This document shows, piece after piece, positions 29,991 to 38,883 of a stretch of DNA of 64,000 nt. Numbering within the stretch: the stretch's first letter is position 1; each line of letters begins with the position of its first letter. Under the pieces are notes generated by a model, which ran no database searches, was not told the origin of the DNA, and saw only the letters and a program-made list of their open reading frames with translations. Position numbers and translations under genes: made by a program. The stretch spans positions 7,686 through 71,685 of the forward strand of contig PNNG01000016.1 in the NCBI GenBank assembly GCA_013824115.1. The letters run 5' to 3'. This DNA is from Sphingobacteriaceae bacterium. GTDB lineage: Bacteria > Bacteroidota > Bacteroidia > UBA7662.

Positions 29991-32900
29991 ATGTTGAATG
30001 AAGTGAAGTATCTATTAGCCATCGCCTGCGCTGTTTTTTTTCTTTGGATGGGCCATGCAACAGGTCAATCTGCCGTTACCATCCCGCCAAATGCCCGGAT
30101 ATTCAACATTGGCGCCGACACCAGTAACCATTTTCCCACCATACGCGCTGCTTCCTTGTTCATCGACACGGCGCGCATCACAAGGCCTTTTGTTTTTCTC
30201 TTGCGCGATTCGGTTTATCCGCTCGATACGGCCACCATCAGCTTCGGATTTGCACTAAACATGACCGATTCGGGCTCCATTATCCTGCAACCGGCCAATG
30301 GGGTGCATGTACGGTTTGAAAATCCGGCCTGGCGAAATCAGGCTGTTTTTTTATTCCCCTCGAGCTGGAATTTCAAGTTTCTCGGGCGTTCACCCGATAG
30401 CAGCGGAACCCTTACCATTGTAGATCACTCGGGTTTCGCTAAAAATGTAATCACCCTAACAGCCACCAACCAACGAGCCAACATCCGTACGGAAATTAGC
30501 TATTTATCTATTAGAGCAACCCAGGCCACGAATGGTCTTATTGCCATTAGAGGGTCCTTGATTCAAAACCAGCGCATGGTGAATTTGGTCATTGCCAACA
30601 ACCGTTTTGAGGGGCTAAACCTGGGCATCTTTTTATCTCAAAATCTTCAACCATTTATTACCCAGCCACGCATAGTCAACAACCACTTTGGAGGAAATCC
30701 CTCGAACTACCTGCCAATGTCGGGAGCCATTTTCATGGGTTCGGGCACCAGCGCCGAAATCGTAGGAAACACCATTGCTTATGTAAGAAACCCCACTGAA
30801 TTTAGAGGGATTTTTCTTTCAGGCACTTCTGCAACCATAGAATCCAATCGCATTCACCACATACAAGTTACAGGCAGCGCTGAAGTAATGGGAATAAGCA
30901 CTCAATTAGGCGCCAATGCCGTGCTTATCAATAATGTAATCCATTCCTTCAGCTCAGTAAACGCTAGCATCTTTAATGGAATAATGGCCATTTCATCAGG
31001 TGGAGGGCCCATATCCATGTACAACAACACCATTAGCTTGTCTGATACGGGAACCTCACTGTATGCAGACATGTTCGCTGTCAGGTTTTTGTCGGAGAAT
31101 GGCCTGCATGCAGTGGTCAATAACATCATCGAGTTAAAAACAAGGCCACAGAATACGGGTCGCGTCTTTGTGTACAGCTCGAACAACCAGTTTGATATGG
31201 CCCGCACGGCCCTAAATCCGAACCACAATGTATACCTGGTGCCCAAAAGTGCTACCAGTGGCATAGGAGATGGTAATCCGAATCATGTTTCTTTTCAACT
31301 GTGGCGAAATGGATTGCAACAGCATCATTGGAACAAGGAGAGTGTTTCTTTTGCCGATAGTAACCGCCTTTTTAGTTTGATTCTACAACCCAATGGGACA
31401 TTGGTACCTAACAGCCTTTTGGCCAATCGCATCAATGATATGGGAATGCCAGTTAATGGTATCCTTGGTCGACCTCTGTTCGACCTAAATGGCCAGCTGA
31501 GACCAGCTTTTGGAGGCATTCGGCCCGATCCGGGAGCTTTTGAATTTCATGCCGCCAACAGCCGAGATGTTGATCAGCCAATGGCACAAGCGGTTCAAAG
31601 CAATTTAAATGAATTGAACTACCATGCGCAAACCAGAACATTAACCGTAGCGGTTTCCGACACAAGTTCGGGCGTCAAAAGTGTTCAAATAAGCATTAAC
31701 TGCAACGATTCGGTCAGGCTGCTGCAGATGACAAGGGTGGCTGGAACTGCCTATCAAGGTCAATGGCAATTAAGCCTGCCATTTGTTTTGGGTCGCACTT
31801 GCAGTGCCGATTTATGGGTCACCGACAGCACCGATAACCGCATCACGCAAATGTTGGCCTATGGCTGGGAAGATGCTCGTTTATCGGTACAAGTAAAGGG
31901 CGATACCTTGCTTACCCAAGCCGATTCGGCCCGTTTTACTGCCAGCAGTCCACAGCGTTATCCTTTGAAGTTCACCGAGCTCATGTTTTTCAGAACTGGA
32001 AATGGTGCACCTGCTTCTTTGCCGGCACATCTTCCGGCCGATCTGAGTTTCGCCCTTGAGATAACCAATATGGGCAACGACACGCTTTCGTTGGCAGGCG
32101 TAACCATAAAAGCTTGGTATCAATACAACGTTGCTCACAGCTGTATTTTACCTGCAGGGGCACGGTTAAATCCCAAAGAATCGTTGGTGGTGGGCAGGAG
32201 CAGCACGGCGCAAAGCCCGGGATTTTATGCTTTAGAATTAGATACCATCAGAGGTTATCGATGGTGGGTGGGGAGCGAGCTTGAAATGTATGATGCCGAC
32301 GGCCATTTGCTCGATTACCTGCCCATGAACTTCCAAACCAACAATCCGGCATTTGCGCAGGCATGGCAAGGCATCGGATTGCTAATGGGCGGCATTGTAG
32401 GAGCTGGCTTGGTACATTGGGACTTGAATCATGAAAGGGCCTGGCAGCTGTACGACAGATTCACACCCAGCTTGGGCACCAATCACCTGGCATCATTGCG
32501 GACCGATAGCTTGCGCTGGCAATGGCAGGGAGATGTTTCGGGCAATAAGGCAGATGTGGTTGCCGTTCCCCGCGCAGCCGGTTTGTATCAAGCCCAACTT
32601 AACTTGCTTGCCGGTACAGCCCATCAATCAGACACGATCCATTGGCGGGTTTCAGGAGCGGGAGCTTTCGATTTTATGGCACCTGAAATGAAGGGCTTGC
32701 GATTATCTCAGCGATTCCACGAAAGTTGTGTACAGGAACAGCGCTATATCGACCTTCAGATGGTAGATACCGCAGACGGTTCAGGAATTGCCAATGTTCA
32801 AGCCATTTTGATTTCCAATGGCCTCAATACCGTTGTTCCTGCCATGCTCGATTCGGGAAACGCCTTTGCAGGCAATTACCGGGTTGTTGTGCCTGCTCTT

Positions 32901-34397
32901 CCCAGGAATGAAAATCATCAACTGGCAGTAGTTGCCACCGATAGTACGGGAAACCGCAGCGATACCACTTATTCCATCGGCTTCAGCGGGCGCCGTCATC
33001 AATTTTTTGGTTTGGGGGGAGATACTGCCTTGAATTACGGAGAACGTGTGATCAGGAGCATCAAGGCATTTTCTGCCAACAGGAGTACGCTTCAATTAAC
33101 AGAGTTTGTGTTTCAATTCGGTGGGGCAGGTAGCCAACTCACCTCAAGTCTCCCTGCGGGCTTAACAAATTTGAACGGCCAGCACGATGTTGTACGGATA
33201 ACCAATCTAGGCAGCGATACGGTGCACACGGCTGGTATTGTTTTAAACTACTTTGCCTCCACCAGCAGCTTTAGGCGGGCTTTACCGCAGGTGCTTTTGG
33301 GTCCTGGTCAAGACCTCTACCTCGTTTTTGGGCCAGGAATTCCGACTTCTGTTGCCGACCGGGTCTATGTCATTTCGGAAAATGGTTTTTTTGCTACCGG
33401 AAACAGCGGCGCCTTGTTGTTGTCTGATACTTTGAGTGAATTTTTTTTGTCGGCCATTGTTTTGAATGGCTATCAGCTACCAGCTAACATACAAATTCCG
33501 GCGCATATTTGGAGCGGTGTTTCTTCAGTGACTGGCATTTCTGCCGGCATTTTCAGAATAAATCTGCAAGCCGGAGCTTTGGCCTGGCTTCCCACAACAA
33601 GCCAACAGCCAACTCGATTGGGCACAGCCGTTCCTTTGGTTGTTTTCGTTCCTTTGGTTTGGCAAAAAGACGGGCAGGTCATTGCACAAGGCGATAGCAT
33701 CAACCTCTTGGCAACCAGTTCTGGTTGGATCACAGTCACAAGTCCAACCATTCCTTGTGCAGCAGCCGATAGCATGAGACTTACCGTATGGGGCGGCGAT
33801 AATGAAGCCGATTTGGCCATTGAAAGCTTACTTATGCCACCCATATGGAGCAGCAATGCCACCATTCAGCCAAGTATTCGCTTGGTGAATTTTTCAGCCG
33901 AAAGTGTTTCACGTATCGGACTCCAGGTATTTTGGAATCAGCAGTTGGTATCGTCCGATTTTATTCAAACCACTTTGATGGGCGGAGATACGCTTGCATT
34001 TACTTTCAACCAAGGGATCGATCTTTCTGATTCTCTGTCGGGAAGGCTGTTGTGCATCAGGCACCTGTGGGCTTTTGACCCAGTGAGCGGGAACAACGAA
34101 AAATGCATCGACATCGGTGCCATTTTGGGTGTAAATAGTCCCGAAACGCGCTCACTGCACGTTTATCCAAATCCCGCCCAAAATGTGCTGAACATACAGT
34201 TGCAGATAGCTGCCGCACGGGTGCGTGGCTGGCAAGTATACGATCAGCTAGGCAGGCAAGTGTTGCAAGCCGCCGAAGTTGTGAGCAATGGTGAGCAGCT
34301 GCAATTAGCTACGGCAAACTTGGCCAATGGCCATTATCTCTTAGTGGCCAAAAGCGATCAAGCCATTTGGCAGGCTAGATTTGTGGTGAGGCACTGA
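29991..34397 (+). CDS. giant T9SS C-terminal-target-domain surface protein
   Basis: 1468 aa with a signal peptide, an N-terminal beta-helix-like repeat region ('NNRFEG','NNHFGG','GNTIAY','SNRIHH','NNVIHS','NNTISL'), two internally duplicated lamin-tail-like modules and a Por_Secre_tail ('VYPNPAQNVLNIQL...GHYLLVAKS'). Confidence 0.85.
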   Translation: MLNEVKYLLAIACAVFFLWMGHATGQSAVTIPPNARIFNIGADTSNHFPTIRAASLFIDTARITRPFVFLLRDSVYPLDTATISFGFALNMTDSGSIILQPANGVHVRFENPAWRNQAVFLFPSSWNFKFLGRSPDSSGTLTIVDHSGFAKNVITLTATNQRANIRTEISYLSIRATQATNGLIAIRGSLIQNQRMVNLVIANNRFEGLNLGIFLSQNLQPFITQPRIVNNHFGGNPSNYLPMSGAIFMGSGTSAEIVGNTIAYVRNPTEFRGIFLSGTSATIESNRIHHIQVTGSAEVMGISTQLGANAVLINNVIHSFSSVNASIFNGIMAISSGGGPISMYNNTISLSDTGTSLYADMFAVRFLSENGLHAVVNNIIELKTRPQNTGRVFVYSSNNQFDMARTALNPNHNVYLVPKSATSGIGDGNPNHVSFQLWRNGLQQHHWNKESVSFADSNRLFSLILQPNGTLVPNSLLANRINDMGMPVNGILGRPLFDLNGQLRPAFGGIRPDPGAFEFHAANSRDVDQPMAQAVQSNLNELNYHAQTRTLTVAVSDTSSGVKSVQISINCNDSVRLLQMTRVAGTAYQGQWQLSLPFVLGRTCSADLWVTDSTDNRITQMLAYGWEDARLSVQVKGDTLLTQADSARFTASSPQRYPLKFTELMFFRTGNGAPASLPAHLPADLSFALEITNMGNDTLSLAGVTIKAWYQYNVAHSCILPAGARLNPKESLVVGRSSTAQSPGFYALELDTIRGYRWWVGSELEMYDADGHLLDYLPMNFQTNNPAFAQAWQGIGLLMGGIVGAGLVHWDLNHERAWQLYDRFTPSLGTNHLASLRTDSLRWQWQGDVSGNKADVVAVPRAAGLYQAQLNLLAGTAHQSDTIHWRVSGAGAFDFMAPEMKGLRLSQRFHESCVQEQRYIDLQMVDTADGSGIANVQAILISNGLNTVVPAMLDSGNAFAGNYRVVVPALPRNENHQLAVVATDSTGNRSDTTYSIGFSGRRHQFFGLGGDTALNYGERVIRSIKAFSANRSTLQLTEFVFQFGGAGSQLTSSLPAGLTNLNGQHDVVRITNLGSDTVHTAGIVLNYFASTSSFRRALPQVLLGPGQDLYLVFGPGIPTSVADRVYVISENGFFATGNSGALLLSDTLSEFFLSAIVLNGYQLPANIQIPAHIWSGVSSVTGISAGIFRINLQAGALAWLPTTSQQPTRLGTAVPLVVFVPLVWQKDGQVIAQGDSINLLATSSGWITVTSPTIPCAAADSMRLTVWGGDNEADLAIESLLMPPIWSSNATIQPSIRLVNFSAESVSRIGLQVFWNQQLVSSDFIQTTLMGGDTLAFTFNQGIDLSDSLSGRLLCIRHLWAFDPVSGNNEKCIDIGAILGVNSPETRSLHVYPNPAQNVLNIQLQIAAARVRGWQVYDQLGRQVLQAAEVVSNGEQLQLATANLANGHYLLVAKSDQAIWQARFVVRH

Positions 34398-34409
34398 TCT
34401 ATTCTGCTT

Positions 34410-34868
34410 TTAACGAATGGGTTGTTGGTACACACACTTAAAATGCGGGATATTCGCCTCCCAAAAACGCTCTCCTTCGGGCAAAAAGCTGTTTTTGCGG
34501 TAAAACTCCAAGGCGTGCTCCTGGGCATGGAGGTAAATGGGGCGGCCATCGCGCGGAATCAAGGCTAACATGCCCCGCAGTACTTCTTGTCCGTACCCTT
34601 TTCCACGTGCCTCGGCCAATACAGCCATGCGTTCTACCTTCCAACCCTTGTCGGTGCTGCGGAAACGCCCGGTAGCCACACCAATACCTGCCACTTTCAA
34701 CAAAAAGTGCCTTGAGCTGCTTTCATATTCGTCGTATTCTTCTTCCGGATCTACCTGCTGCTCCTCCACAAATACCACCCGGCGGATGGCAAAAACTTCG
34801 TTGAGCGACTGGCTGTCGGTGATTTCGGAGAACTCCACAGCGGGTTGATTTTCGTGAATGGCGGTCAT
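34410..34868 (-). CDS. GNAT family N-acetyltransferase
   Basis: The acetyl-CoA binding motif region 'VLAEARGKGYGQEVL' identifies a GNAT fold. I prefer the ATG at 34868 (MTAIHENQ...); the ORF-track TTG at 34898 is an alternative. Confidence 0.8.
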   Translation of the reverse strand: MTAIHENQPAVEFSEITDSQSLNEVFAIRRVVFVEEQQVDPEEEYDEYESSSRHFLLKVAGIGVATGRFRSTDKGWKVERMAVLAEARGKGYGQEVLRGMLALIPRDGRPIYLHAQEHALEFYRKNSFLPEGERFWEANIPHFKCVYQQPIR

Positions 34869-34923
34869 GCGTTTTTTGCTTAGTTTTGTCGCTTCCAAAT
34901 TAACCCAATAATAACTGCTCGTT

Positions 34924-35982
34924 ATGGCAAATCAAAAAATAGTGGAAGCTTTGGGCGCTCAGGCCGATTACCTGTTGGGCCATACCTCCAAAACCATCAG
35001 CAAAGAAATGTTGCACGCTCCGGGTGGCGATTTTGTAGATCGCATTTGGGCGGCTTCTAACCGCAATAACCAAACCCTGCGCAGCATGCAGGCCCTGTAC
35101 GACAATGGCCGTTTGGCTGGTACAGGCTATTTGAGCATTTTGCCAGTTGACCAGGGCATCGAACACTCTGCCGGTGCTTCGTTCGCTCCCAATCCCATTT
35201 ATTTCGACAGCGAAAACATCGTGAAGCTGGCCATCGAGTCGGGTTGCAATGCAGTGGCTTCTACCTTTGGCGTTTTGGCCTCGGTATCGCGTAAATACGC
35301 ACACAAAATCCCGTTCGTGGTGAAAATCAACCACAATGAGTTTTTGAGCTACCCCAACAAGTACGACCAAATCATGTTTGGCTCTATCAAAGAAGCCTGG
35401 GAAATGGGTGCCGTGGCCGTGGGCGCTACCATTTATTTTGGTTCAGCCGAATCGGGCCGCCAAATCATTGAGGTGTCTAAAGCCTTTGAAATGGCACATG
35501 CGCTGGGCATGACCACCATTTTGTGGTGCTACACCCGCAACAACGGCTTCAAAGTAGATGGGGTTGATTACCACACTTCGGCCGACCTCTCGTCGCAGGC
35601 CAACCACCTGGGCGTAACCATCCAGGCCGACATCATCAAACAAAAACTTCCCACCAACAACGGCGGTTACCTGGCTACCAAGCACGGCAAAACCCACCCC
35701 AAGGTGTACAGCGAATTGACTAGCGACCACCCCATCGATTTGTGCCGCTACCAGGTAGCCAACTGCTACATGGGCCGTGCTGGTTTGATCAACTCAGGTG
35801 GTGAATCAAAGGGCGAAAGCGATTTGGCAGAAGCCGTAGCAACCGCCGTGATCAACAAGCGCGCAGGTGGTACCGGTCTCATCCTGGGCCGCAAAGCCTT
35901 CCAGCGCCCCATGAATGAGGGTGTAACGTTGCTGAATACCATTCAGGACGTTTACCTCGACAATAGCATAGACTTAGCATAA
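34924..35982 (+). CDS. fbaB: class I fructose-bisphosphate aldolase (FbaB/DhnA type)
   Basis: 352 aa, near-collinear with E. coli FbaB ('[32 protein letters not shown]', '[29 protein letters not shown]'). Confidence 0.92.
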   Translation: MANQKIVEALGAQADYLLGHTSKTISKEMLHAPGGDFVDRIWAASNRNNQTLRSMQALYDNGRLAGTGYLSILPVDQGIEHSAGASFAPNPIYFDSENIVKLAIESGCNAVASTFGVLASVSRKYAHKIPFVVKINHNEFLSYPNKYDQIMFGSIKEAWEMGAVAVGATIYFGSAESGRQIIEVSKAFEMAHALGMTTILWCYTRNNGFKVDGVDYHTSADLSSQANHLGVTIQADIIKQKLPTNNGGYLATKHGKTHPKVYSELTSDHPIDLCRYQVANCYMGRAGLINSGGESKGESDLAEAVATAVINKRAGGTGLILGRKAFQRPMNEGVTLLNTIQDVYLDNSIDLA

Positions 35983-35997
35983 CCTAAATACAACCGA

Positions 35998-36843
35998 ATG
36001 GCTTGGTTTAAGCGTTCCACCGCTGGGGTGACTACCAGCACCGATGAAAAACTCGACGTCCCCGACGGCCTGTGGTTCAAATGCCCTTCGTGCAAAACGT
36101 CTTTGCTGTCGAAAGACCTCAAGGAGAACAAATTCGTTTGCACCCAGTGTAACTACCACTGCCGCATTGGCTCGGCCGAGTATTTCGAAATCATTTTCGA
36201 CGAAAACCAATTCGAAGAGCTCGATGCCAACATGACCTCGGGCGACCCATTGAATTTCACCGACACCAAGGCGTACAAAGACCGCTTGAAGGCTACCATT
36301 GCCAAAACCGGTTTGAAAGACGCCATCCGTTCGGCGGTAGGCAACGTAGAAGGACTGCCGTTGGTGGTGAGCTGCATGGATTTCGACTTCATAGGCGGAT
36401 CGATGGGCTCGGTGATGGGCGAAAAAATTGCCCGCGCCATCGACAAAGCCCGCGAACTCAAGTGTCCGGTAATGGTGATCAGCAAATCGGGTGGGGCACG
36501 CATGATGGAAGCTGCTTTTTCGCTCATGCAAATGGCCAAAACCTCGGCCAAGCTGGCCCAGGCCGGACAAGAAGGCGTGCCTTACATTTCGCTCATGACC
36601 GACCCAACCACCGGCGGGGTTACAGCTTCGTTTGCCATGTTGGGCGACTTTAACCTGGCCGAACCCAATGCCTTGATTGGTTTTGCCGGTCCCCGCGTGA
36701 TCAAAGAAACCATCAAAAAAGACCTGCCCAAGGGCTTCCAGTCGGCCGAATCGGTGATGGAAACCGGTTTTATCGACTTCATTGTCGACCGCAAGGAGCT
36801 CAAGCCCACCCTGGCCAAGCTGCTGCGGTTGATGGCGAATTAA
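35998..36843 (+). CDS. accD: acetyl-CoA carboxylase carboxyltransferase beta subunit
   Basis: 281 aa with an N-terminal Zn ribbon ('CPSCKT...CTQCNYH') and a carboxyltransferase core ('[14 protein letters not shown]'). Confidence 0.95.
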   Translation: MAWFKRSTAGVTTSTDEKLDVPDGLWFKCPSCKTSLLSKDLKENKFVCTQCNYHCRIGSAEYFEIIFDENQFEELDANMTSGDPLNFTDTKAYKDRLKATIAKTGLKDAIRSAVGNVEGLPLVVSCMDFDFIGGSMGSVMGEKIARAIDKARELKCPVMVISKSGGARMMEAAFSLMQMAKTSAKLAQAGQEGVPYISLMTDPTTGGVTASFAMLGDFNLAEPNALIGFAGPRVIKETIKKDLPKGFQSAESVMETGFIDFIVDRKELKPTLAKLLRLMAN

Positions 36844-36854
36844 AGTATGAATAA

Positions 36855-36887
36855 TGCAAAAAGCCCCGGAAACGGGGCTTTTTGCAT
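36855..36887. terminator. bidirectional rho-independent terminator
   Basis: Palindrome TGCAAAAAGCCCCG-GAAA-CGGGGCTTTTTGCA, with stem GCCCCG 36863-36868 pairing CGGGGC 36873-36878. It lies between convergent accD and the 36997-37578 gene. Confidence 0.65.
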
Positions 36888-36996
36888 TTATTGCTTCACC
36901 AGCTTGCGGTAAGTAACCACCCACCAAGTAAGTAGCGTAAAAAACAGAAAAGCCCCCTTGTATGAACAAGGGGGCCGGTGAATGGTGGAAGTACCT

Positions 36997-37578
36997 TTAC
37001 TGCGGACTCACCAATGGCCTTTTAAAATGGAAACGACCAGTTACAAGGCAGGAATCAGGCACGTCGGCAGGATTCCGATCATCACCTGGCAATTTCATGC
37101 GAAAGGTCCCCTTGATTTCGTAATCCACATTGCTGGTGCCGCGGAATTCTTCAAAAACCACTTCTGAAAATCCATCTGGAGCAAGGTTATGCACTGTATA
37201 GGAATAGCCTTTTAATGTGCCTTGAGGATTGAAGTAAATAGTAGAGGTAGTTACCCCTATATTGAAGTAGTCACAAGAATCGCGGAATATAGGAAAACGC
37301 TTTTGAGCTGGCCAGGCTTCTAGATTACATAAATCGAGGCGTACAGAAACGTAATACTCCGAGTCTTCTGTATCACCTTGTATAAAGGCATTCTTTCCAG
37401 GAGTTCCGCTGTTATTAACGATACTCAATGAGTGGGTTTTGCCATTAACTTCGATTTCAAAAATGTCTTTATGGCGTTTCTGTACCTCTTTTTCACATGC
37501 CGTTAAAAAGGGTAGGCTTAGCACAACCAGCCATAATTTGCTGTTAGCATTGCGGAGTTGACTTAATATTTGATCCAT
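36997..37578 (-). CDS. hypothetical lipoprotein
   Basis: 193 aa with the lipobox 'LPFLTAC'. Hand counts of sample lines give about 40-42% G+C, lower than in the flanking genes. Confidence 0.55.
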   Translation of the reverse strand: MDQILSQLRNANSKLWLVVLSLPFLTACEKEVQKRHKDIFEIEVNGKTHSLSIVNNSGTPGKNAFIQGDTEDSEYYVSVRLDLCNLEAWPAQKRFPIFRDSCDYFNIGVTTSTIYFNPQGTLKGYSYTVHNLAPDGFSEVVFEEFRGTSNVDYEIKGTFRMKLPGDDRNPADVPDSCLVTGRFHFKRPLVSPQ

Positions 37579-37927
37579 AAGGCATTTTGTTTATGGTTGG
37601 CGAACACAATGGTGATGTGATATGCTCCTGCGGGTTCAAGCTGATTGAAAGATGAAAATGAAATCCCATACCATCAAAACTAATCACTGAACACTAACCA
37701 GCCAAAACATTTGACGATTATATTTTCAGGTGTGCTTCCCAATTTGGCAAAGCAAAGTAAAGTCCCATCAAAACGCCTCGTGGGGTGATGTCTTGTCCCG
37801 AATGTGTGAATGCCATTCGCCACCATACATTCATGCATATGGGAAGCGGTTTGCTTTTCGCCTTTCCTTGCATTCCTTTTCAGAAAACTTTGTTTGCAAC
37901 AAATTGGTATCTTTGAAAAAAGACGCC

Positions 37928-38137
37928 ATGAAAACCCTTGTCCTAAACGTGGAAGAAAGTAAGTTAGATGCCTTCTTGGGCTTTCTCAAGAGCTTGGATT
38001 ATGTCTCGATTGCAGACCAGGAAAATTGGTTGGATGAAAAGTCATTGATTGAAAAGCGGTTGGGCGACTTAAAACAGGGTAAGGAGCCTATTTTTCTTTG
38101 GGATGATGTCAAAGATATAGCCTTTCACAAAGGGTGA
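37928..38137 (+). CDS. putative antitoxin (addiction-module component, Unstab_antitox-like C-terminus)
   Basis: 70 aa from ATG 37928. The C-terminus 'LIEKRLGDLKQGKEPIFLWDDVKDIAF' resembles TIGR02574/PF09720 antitoxins. Its stop overlaps the toxin's GTG (GTGA). Confidence 0.6.
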   Translation: MKTLVLNVEESKLDAFLGFLKSLDYVSIADQENWLDEKSLIEKRLGDLKQGKEPIFLWDDVKDIAFHKG

Positions 38138-38433
38138 AGTATACGGTTTACATCACCTCCAGCGCTTTAACAGATATCCGCACTGCTGTTAGCTGGTATG
38201 TTGCGAAAAGCGCTAGTGCGGCACGTCAATTCGAGCATGAAGTAAAGGAAGCTTTAGATGCCATCCATTCGAATCCTTATGTGTTCCAAGAGCGTTATTC
38301 GGAAGTTCGGGTTTCTTTTCTCACGCGCTTTCCATATGGTGTCTTTTACACAGTTGTTCATGAGAGGATTGTAATCTTGGCGGTTATTCATAGTTCACAA
38401 TCACCGGAGCGCTGGCCAAAGCCGCAATTGTAA
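38134..38433 (+). CDS. type II toxin-antitoxin system RelE/ParE family toxin
   Basis: 99 aa with a ParE-like pattern ('ALTDIRTAVSWY...','RFPYGVFYTVVHERIVILAVIHSSQSPERW'). Confidence 0.75.
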   Translation: MKYTVYITSSALTDIRTAVSWYVAKSASAARQFEHEVKEALDAIHSNPYVFQERYSEVRVSFLTRFPYGVFYTVVHERIVILAVIHSSQSPERWPKPQL

Positions 38434-38452
38434 TCCTATTTTTCACCGCCTC

Positions 38453-38483
38453 TTGGAAATTAATTTTTCTTGCCGTACATTTG
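38453..38483 (+). promoter_or_regulatory. putative Bacteroidota sigma-A promoter of rpsO (-33 TTG / -7 TAnnTTTG)
   Basis: TTG at 38453-38455 and TACATTTG at 38476-38483, 20 nt apart and 35 nt upstream of the rpsO ATG. This matches the published Bacteroides-type consensus. Confidence 0.4.
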
Positions 38484-38518
38484 CAGACTCGTTTAGAAAC
38501 AAGGAAAAACACAATAAG

Positions 38519-38788
38519 ATGCATCTCGATACCGCTCAAAAGCAAGAGATTTATAAGAAGTATGGTAAAGGCGCTCAGGACACAGGTTCTGCAGAAAGCC
38601 AAATCGCGCAATTCACAGAGCGCATTGCATACCTTACGGGCCACCTCAAGAGTAACCGCAAAGACTTTTCTACCCAGCAAGCTCTTATCAAGCTGGTAGG
38701 TAAGCGTCGCGATCTGCTGACCTATCTGCAGAAAAACGACATCTTGCGTTACCGCGCTATTCTCGAAAAACTGAACCTGCGTAAGTGA
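38519..38788 (+). CDS. rpsO: 30S ribosomal protein S15
   Basis: 89 aa from ATG 38519 ('MHLDTAQKQEIYKKYG...TGSAESQIAQFTERIAYLTGHLKSNRKDFSTQQALIKLVGKRRDLLTYL'). Confidence 0.95.
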   Translation: MHLDTAQKQEIYKKYGKGAQDTGSAESQIAQFTERIAYLTGHLKSNRKDFSTQQALIKLVGKRRDLLTYLQKNDILRYRAILEKLNLRK

Positions 38789-38810
38789 TTAGCAGGTGAT
38801 TACCAAAAAC

Positions 38811-38841
38811 AAGGCGATGTATTACACATTCGCCTTTTTTA
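38811..38841 (+). terminator. rpsO terminator / pnp leader hairpin
   Basis: A 9-bp stem with one bulge (38812-38820 pairs 38826-38835), a 5-nt loop, then a T-run to 38840. It sits between rpsO and pnp, as in the E. coli rpsO-pnp arrangement. Confidence 0.55.
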
Positions 38842-38883
38842 CTTTATACTAGCTGCAATAAAAGAAAGATTGAGAGGAAAAAA

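Noticed and set aside
35974-36969. 331-aa ORF antisense to accD. Similar long antisense ORFs lie opposite other genes: 43106-44152 (prfC), 53886-54944 (proline dehydrogenase), 56919-57749 (DAHP synthase), 60099-60833 (aroA/aroC), 49278-50048 and 47901-48611 (the outer-membrane receptor), and 15528-16154 and 11910-12521.
   Set aside because: Each lies entirely opposite a gene with strong, recognisable protein motifs. Their translations are Gly/His/Arg/Ala-rich and motif-free. Such shadow ORFs are expected when the sense strand has GC-rich third positions.
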